NCBI GenBank assembly: GCA_951804945.1
Contig: OX638154.1
Span: forward strand, 42,780,001 to 42,844,000
DNA from: Podarcis cretensis
Taxonomy: Eukaryota
DNA: 64,000 nucleotides
Direction: 5' to 3'
Shown piece after piece: positions 58,887 through 64,000 of this stretch (within the stretch, counting starts at the first letter, position 1; each line of letters starts with the position of its first letter). The notes beneath the pieces were generated by a model. That model was not told the DNA's origin and did not search any database. It saw nothing but the letters and a program-made list of their open reading frames with translations. The position numbers were made by a program, and so were the translations under genes.

Positions 58887-61800
58887 TAACCAAACCAAAC
58901 ACTGGCGTGATTATTTTCTGACTTTGGTTCCAGAGACCTTTTTGAGTGTGCAGCTGATGTAACAGTCCTGCTTCTGTGTGCATATATCAGCCACTATAAC
59001 TGGATGTCTTAGGAGTTTGCTTACCTCTTCAAAATGAATTTGAGACAACTAAACTTGAATTTTTCCTGGTGGTATGCAATGGTACACAGTACCACCACCT
59101 TTTATTGGGAAGGAGGAAGGAGGGGTTCTTGGATCCTGTCACAGCATTGAATCTCCTTCCCTAAGCTGGGCAAATGCTTCCTGGACTTTGGGAAGGAGGT
59201 GCAAGGCTCTGACAGGATCCTGGAGCCCTTCTGCCTCCTTCCCGAAGCAGGAATCGTTCCACATGTAATTGCTTTTCCTGGCCCTGAGGAAATTTTGCAC
59301 CCAGGGCAACTGACCAGAGTACCGGCACCTTTCTTTTCTAGAAACAAGGTACTGGTGCTACTCCACCCTCCACCATGCTCCACTACTGCATTGCTTCTTC
59401 AACTTCCTAAACACAGGTCCCAAACACATTTCACAGTGGTGGCTGAACCTATACTTCTAGTGTTGTTATGAAAATTCTTACTCCATGGCTTGGAAGTATG
59501 AACCTCAGAGCTGCATGGCGCTTGCTTCAAGTGTAAGATCGCCCTGTAATCCTTATCCAGTTAACATTTTATTTAATCCAAGTTTGTGCAGAACTGAACT
59601 CCTTTGCCCCCTCATCACATATTTCAATTCATAGTAAACCCAGGGTTAGAATATGCATTAGAATGTTTTGGGATGGGTTCCATGTCCCATTTCACTACCA
59701 AATCAAAACACTCTGACTAAATACCCATGGACACTAGACAGGAGTTCAGGCAAGGCACACTTTCCAACTCAAGTGTGGAACAAGAGTCCTTATTCATCCT
59801 CCACACTGGAGAAATGTGACCCAGCACTATAGCATTCAATCTTGTTATTTCCCCAGCATTTATCCCTTTTAATTTTCCACTGTCACACCAAAGCAGAGAA
59901 CCAAGTAACAAAGCCAGGGGAGAATAAACGTGCCCGTTACTAAAGGCAATTGATCCTGCCGTTTTTAACTTGCCTGCTGGGGCGAAAAGTTGAGCCTACA
60001 CGATAAATGTAGAATAAGGAGAAAAGAGAAGAGCAGACGCACCACTGTTTCTCAGGATGCGCACCTCTGCTGGGACTCCATCTCCTCCTGGACCAGTCGT
60101 CCTGATTTGCACCACTGCATGAGTAGAGTCTTCTGGAACCATGATCTCAATCCAATTTTTGGCGGCTGTGTACAGAACAGGAGCTGAGTGCGGGTCCGAC
60201 TGGTACAGCATCTATTGGGAGGAGGCATGTTGAGTTTACTGTTGTTGAGTCCCCTTCAACTTAAGGATCACTCCCATCCCTCAGTTATTTTTAAGGAACC
60301 AGTAGTCACAGGGGCGGCATGTGCGTTTTCCAATATCTTGCAGAAGACTCCTGAGCCTGATCTTGTGCAAATTTACTTGGGAGTTAAGCCCTTGTTCAGA
60401 AATCAAATGTTGATGGGACTTACAGATAAGGATGTGTAGAGTCACAGCTACACATCCAGAGAAAATGGAAAGTTGCCCAACAGATGCAGAACCACAGGAC
60501 AGAGAAAGAATGGAGCAGCCTTTTAAGATCTGGATTTAATTCCCCCGGGAAAGCTTAGTGGTTTTTAATGTATGTATTTGATAGTTGCCTTAGTTCTGTG
60601 CTGCACACAGCATTTTATTGTGCTGGTTGTGTATCTGGACTTTTATGCCGGTTGTCTCTTAAGTTTATTGTGGCTTTATTGCAGTATGGATTTACTGTTA
60701 TTTTTTATTTCATTTATTTTTTATTTGTGCAATGCCCAGAGCATTTATTTTATGAGGAGTCTCGCTCACTCAGTAAATTAATGAAATACCACCCTGCCAC
60801 CCAGTGTTATTTCTCAGGGGGGTATACTTTGCACTGACTTATTATACTGCATTTCAGAAGTTAAGAATCCTTCAGCCAAGGGCGGTGGTGGAGGGGGGAG
60901 ACTTTCTACAAGTTACCTTGTACCCAGTGACAGCAGACTCATCTGAATTGGCGACCACAGGATCCCACTTGATGCTAATGCTGGTGCTGGAAAACTTCCA
61001 GGAAATGTTGCTTGGTGGCCTTTTTGGTGCTAGAGGATACAAAATGGCAGAGATCTTTACTACAGCAACAGAAAGCAAGATAGAGGCCTACAGACAATGC
61101 TTTGGCTGATGAAATCCAATCCACACAACCCTTCCTCCCACCTGCCATCTGGCTACCCATTCTACAAATCTGGGAGCATTCCCTCTTCTCTCCCACCCAT
61201 TCCTCCTGTGCTCCACTTTCTCCCATCTCCTCAGTCATTCTAGCCCAGGCACAGGCAAACTCCAGCCCTCCAGTTGTTTGGGAATACAATTCCCATCATC
61301 CCTGACCACTGGTCCTGTTACCTAGGGATGATGGGAATTGTAGTCCCAAACATCTGGAGGGCTGGAGTTTGCCTGTGCCCACTGGTGGAGGAAGAGGAGT
61401 GCGGGGGGAACGCACCACCCCCGCAGCGCGATCCCAGTGGGGTGCCATCACAGCTCCCCCCCCCCCGCCTGTGCTGGGCGCCATGCCTGGAACGCGTGCC
61501 TGTCCTGCCCCCACCTGCTCTCTGCCCCCCAGTGCGGGAGTATGAAGCTCTGCCACTGCCTATGCCTGTTCTAGCCTCTTGGGAAAGGGCTGTAGATCAG
61601 CGGCAGAGCATGTAGAAGGTCCCAAGTTCCACCTCTGGCATCTTCAGGTAAGGCTGGGACTCCTGCCTGAAGCCCTGGACAGCTGCTGTCAGTCAGTGTA
61701 GATATTTTCTAATACTGAACTAGATCGACCAGTGGTCTGAGTCAGTATAAGGCACCACCCTATGTCTCTCCTCCCACCTTCTTACTTACCTTCTTCTTTT

Positions 61801-63648
61801 CTCCTCAATTCTTAGTCATCCCCATTGCTCTCTTGCTACCTCTCCCAATATCCCTCCTCCCTGATGTACATGTACAGAATACACTGAGCCCTCATTGCCA
61901 TAAAGATGATAAAGGGAAAGGTTGCTCCCCTCCCTCTCCAGCTCTAACTCTAGTAAATGGAAAGGGAATCCTCTCAGGGCCAGTTCTACCACAAGGCACA
62001 GTGTGCCATATGCATAAGGCATCAGATTTTGAGTGTCATTCAATAATGACAAATTGCAAATGTTAGAGGAAGCCACTCTGGGATGGATCTGCCGGAAATT
62101 TGGCAGCCCAAATTTACTCTGCAAGGACTCATTTGCTTGCAAATTTCATCCACTTATGTGAAAAGGGAGGAGAATGGTTAACATCATTTGTAGCTTCTTC
62201 ATGATATTAAATTGGATGAAACAAAGCTTTGGACTTAACACATCAGATTCAGACCCAATCCACAAATCAAATCAGATGGATAGGGATCTGAAACAGATCA
62301 GGCTGCTTTCAAATGCTATGAATACAAGGCAAATGTTGTGGTTGGGGCACACCCTTAGTCAACACACAGACAACCCCCTCCCCACAACACTATATAATGT
62401 ATATACTGCTTTTCTGTACAAGAAGATAAACCCAAAGCAGCTTGCAAGTTAAAAGAAATAAAATCATCACAGATGCAACACACATTATAAGGCACAAAAC
62501 CCACAGCAATAAAAAGAAAAAAACAGGCATCGTAAGCTACAGACACACATATCAGAGGTGACTGAAGTATTTACAGAGAAGAAAGGCAGGTTCAGCTAAT
62601 GCTCACTCACGTGGTTTTGTAGTCATGAAACTGGTGGGAGGACTGGCTGGCCCAGTCCCAGCCCGGTTGTAAGCCCTGACAGCCACACGATACTTGGTAT
62701 TGGGTTGGAGGTCTGTCACACGTGCTGAGTTGACAAGTCCCGCAGTCCTCACTCTGTCAGCAGCCTCCTCTTTGTCACCATGTTTCCAGTACCGGATCTG
62801 AAGACAGGGACACATGGCAATCTGAGCTCCTTTGACACTGAAGTGTTTAATTTTTAAGTCAGCAGTAAGACTATTTCCTCTGAGCAGCCCATATCAGCTT
62901 AGCCGCAAGAGGAGATTCTGTCATGTTATCAGACTGAACTGAGGTGGCTCTGCAAACAGTTGCTGAGATGCCACCATGCCAGTCCAATGCTTCTTTTTGT
63001 GGGGTTGTCTCTGAACCTGAGCCTTGCTCCAGATCCACTCCTTCCCCTTTCTTCTTACCTCATAGCCCAAAAGGACTCCATTCATTTCATGTTGCTCCAC
63101 GGGATCCCAAGAAAAATCTGCTTCTGTGGCCGACACTGCCTTGAGAGTAACGTTAGAGGGAGCCACTCTTGGTTCTGTGGACATACAACAGCAAAACCTT
63201 GGAATTATGGGCAAATCTAATCCAAGTCTAGAAATATCTGCAAGGCGCAAAGATCAGGAGCCAGACACTTGGCCTCCTGTCAAAGGGTAAGGCAGGAAAC
63301 AACTCTTGCAATGCTATTGATCTGGTGCTCTTGAGAGAAGCATCAGGTGGAAATTGAACTGAGCCAAAGCAATACTCGGCAGTATGCAATTCACTCTTAC
63401 GATCCCAGCCTACCTTCCTCCGCAGAATGCACAATGGAGACCAAGCTCTCTGGCCCCTCCCCCTTCCTGTTGAAGGCCTTGATCTTCACTTCAAAGGGAG
63501 TATAGGGTGCGATGCTCTCATTGCGATAAACATAATGTAGGGATTCCGCATGGGGCACGCTTGCTGTCTTCCACACCTGAGTGCCTTCTTTGCGAAAAGA
63601 GAGCCTATATCCAAAGCCATCTCCATTTTGGTACTCCCGTTGCATTGG
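57756..63648 (-). CDS. CNTN2: Contactin-2 (TAG-1/axonin-1), 3' part: FnIII repeats and GPI signal, 6 coding exons
   Basis: complement(join(57756..57865,60043..60211,60917..61029,62611..62797,63059..63174,63414..63648)) = 930 nt in frame. FnIII motifs ([20 protein letters not shown]); ends GTSMMV...GCLEL*. Confidence 0.95.
58851..58882 (+). repeat. (TG)n microsatellite
   Basis: Direct reading; others are (CA)n near 32972, (ATAC)n near 53127 and (AGT)n near 56297. Confidence 0.9.
60043..60211 (-). CDS. CNTN2: CNTN2 penultimate exon ([11 protein letters not shown]...VRILRNS)
   Basis: Minus-strand AG 60213-60212, GTGCGT donor from 60042. Confidence 0.92.
60917..61029 (-). CDS. CNTN2: CNTN2 exon ([10 protein letters not shown]...AVTGYK)
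   Basis: Minus-strand AG 61031-61030, GTAAC donor from 60916. Confidence 0.94.
61246..61381. mobile_element. ~135-bp hAT-type palindromic MITE, best-preserved copy
   Basis: Long inverted arms GGCACAGGCAAACTCCAGCCCTCCAG / CTGGAGGGCTGGAGTTTGCCTGTGCC. Confidence 0.8.
61581..61768 (+). mobile_element. tRNA-derived squamate SINE
   Basis: A-box GTAGATCAGCGGCAGAGC, B-box-like segment, tail GGTCTGAGTCAGTATAAGGCA...CCTATGT. Confidence 0.7.
62611..62797 (-). CDS. CNTN2: CNTN2 exon ([16 protein letters not shown]...MTTKP)
   Basis: Minus-strand AG 62799-62798, GTGAGT donor from 62610. Confidence 0.95.
63059..63174 (-). CDS. CNTN2: CNTN2 exon (PRVAPSNV...GVLLGYE)
   Basis: Minus-strand AG 63176-63175, GTAAG donor from 63058. 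Confidence 0.94.
63414..63648 (-). CDS. CNTN2: CNTN2 exon ([14 protein letters not shown]...VHSAEE)
   Basis: Minus-strand AG 63650-63649, GT 63413-63412. Confidence 0.95.
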
Positions 63649-64000
63649 CTGAAATGCAGGTTGGGACCAGTTGAGGGGGGGGGGACAAAACAGAAAGACT
63701 CCACAACATTGGTCTGGATCCAGATTTCACATACACATGACATGCTTTATACAGATTTATGTACACAACAGTGACATGCCAGCTGGTCAAATGAGGAAGA
63801 GAACAAAAAGGAGGTAAAATCTGGACTCGGGTAGTACAGTTTAAAATCAAGTATCCTTCCTAGAAATGACAAGTACTTAGTAAGGTTCTCTGAAGACTTG
63901 TAATGAGAATTTTTTTACCTTTCTACATTTATTTAAATTTTGAGGTGTTTTGTAATGAGTTATATTAGAATTGGAAAATGCTATGATATAAAGGTTACCT

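Overview
Vertebrate genomic DNA. The repeat content (Sauria SINEs, a tRNA-Lys/CR1-tail SINE, Penelope pLTR remnants, hAT and Tc1/mariner MITEs) points to a squamate, probably a lacertid lizard. It carries the conserved amniote block DSTYK(+) > RBBP5(+) > TMEM81(+) > < CNTN2(-). I reconstructed splice-consistent models by hand: DSTYK last 11 coding exons (3238-15643, 5' end outside the window), complete RBBP5 (14 exons, 26516-44262, 539 aa, CpG-island promoter), single-exon TMEM81 CDS (47945-48739), and the last 6 coding exons of CNTN2 (63648 to 57756). Most ORFs in the supplied track are spurious. The most interesting unexplained signals are: a tail-to-tail Penelope insertion with hammerhead-ribozyme cores on both strands (20843-21106); an orphan 156-codon ORF divergent from the RBBP5 promoter (25225-25695); tandem hairpins with flip/flop-inverted loops inside a Tc2-type MITE; a SINE split by a ~380-bp insert; MITEs carrying NF-kB and ZNF143/THAP11-type motifs near promoters; and candidate alternative C-termini for RBBP5 and CNTN2. 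No database searches were run, so repeat family names and some repeat boundaries are approximate. I see no secure evidence of a wholly new system, only candidates.
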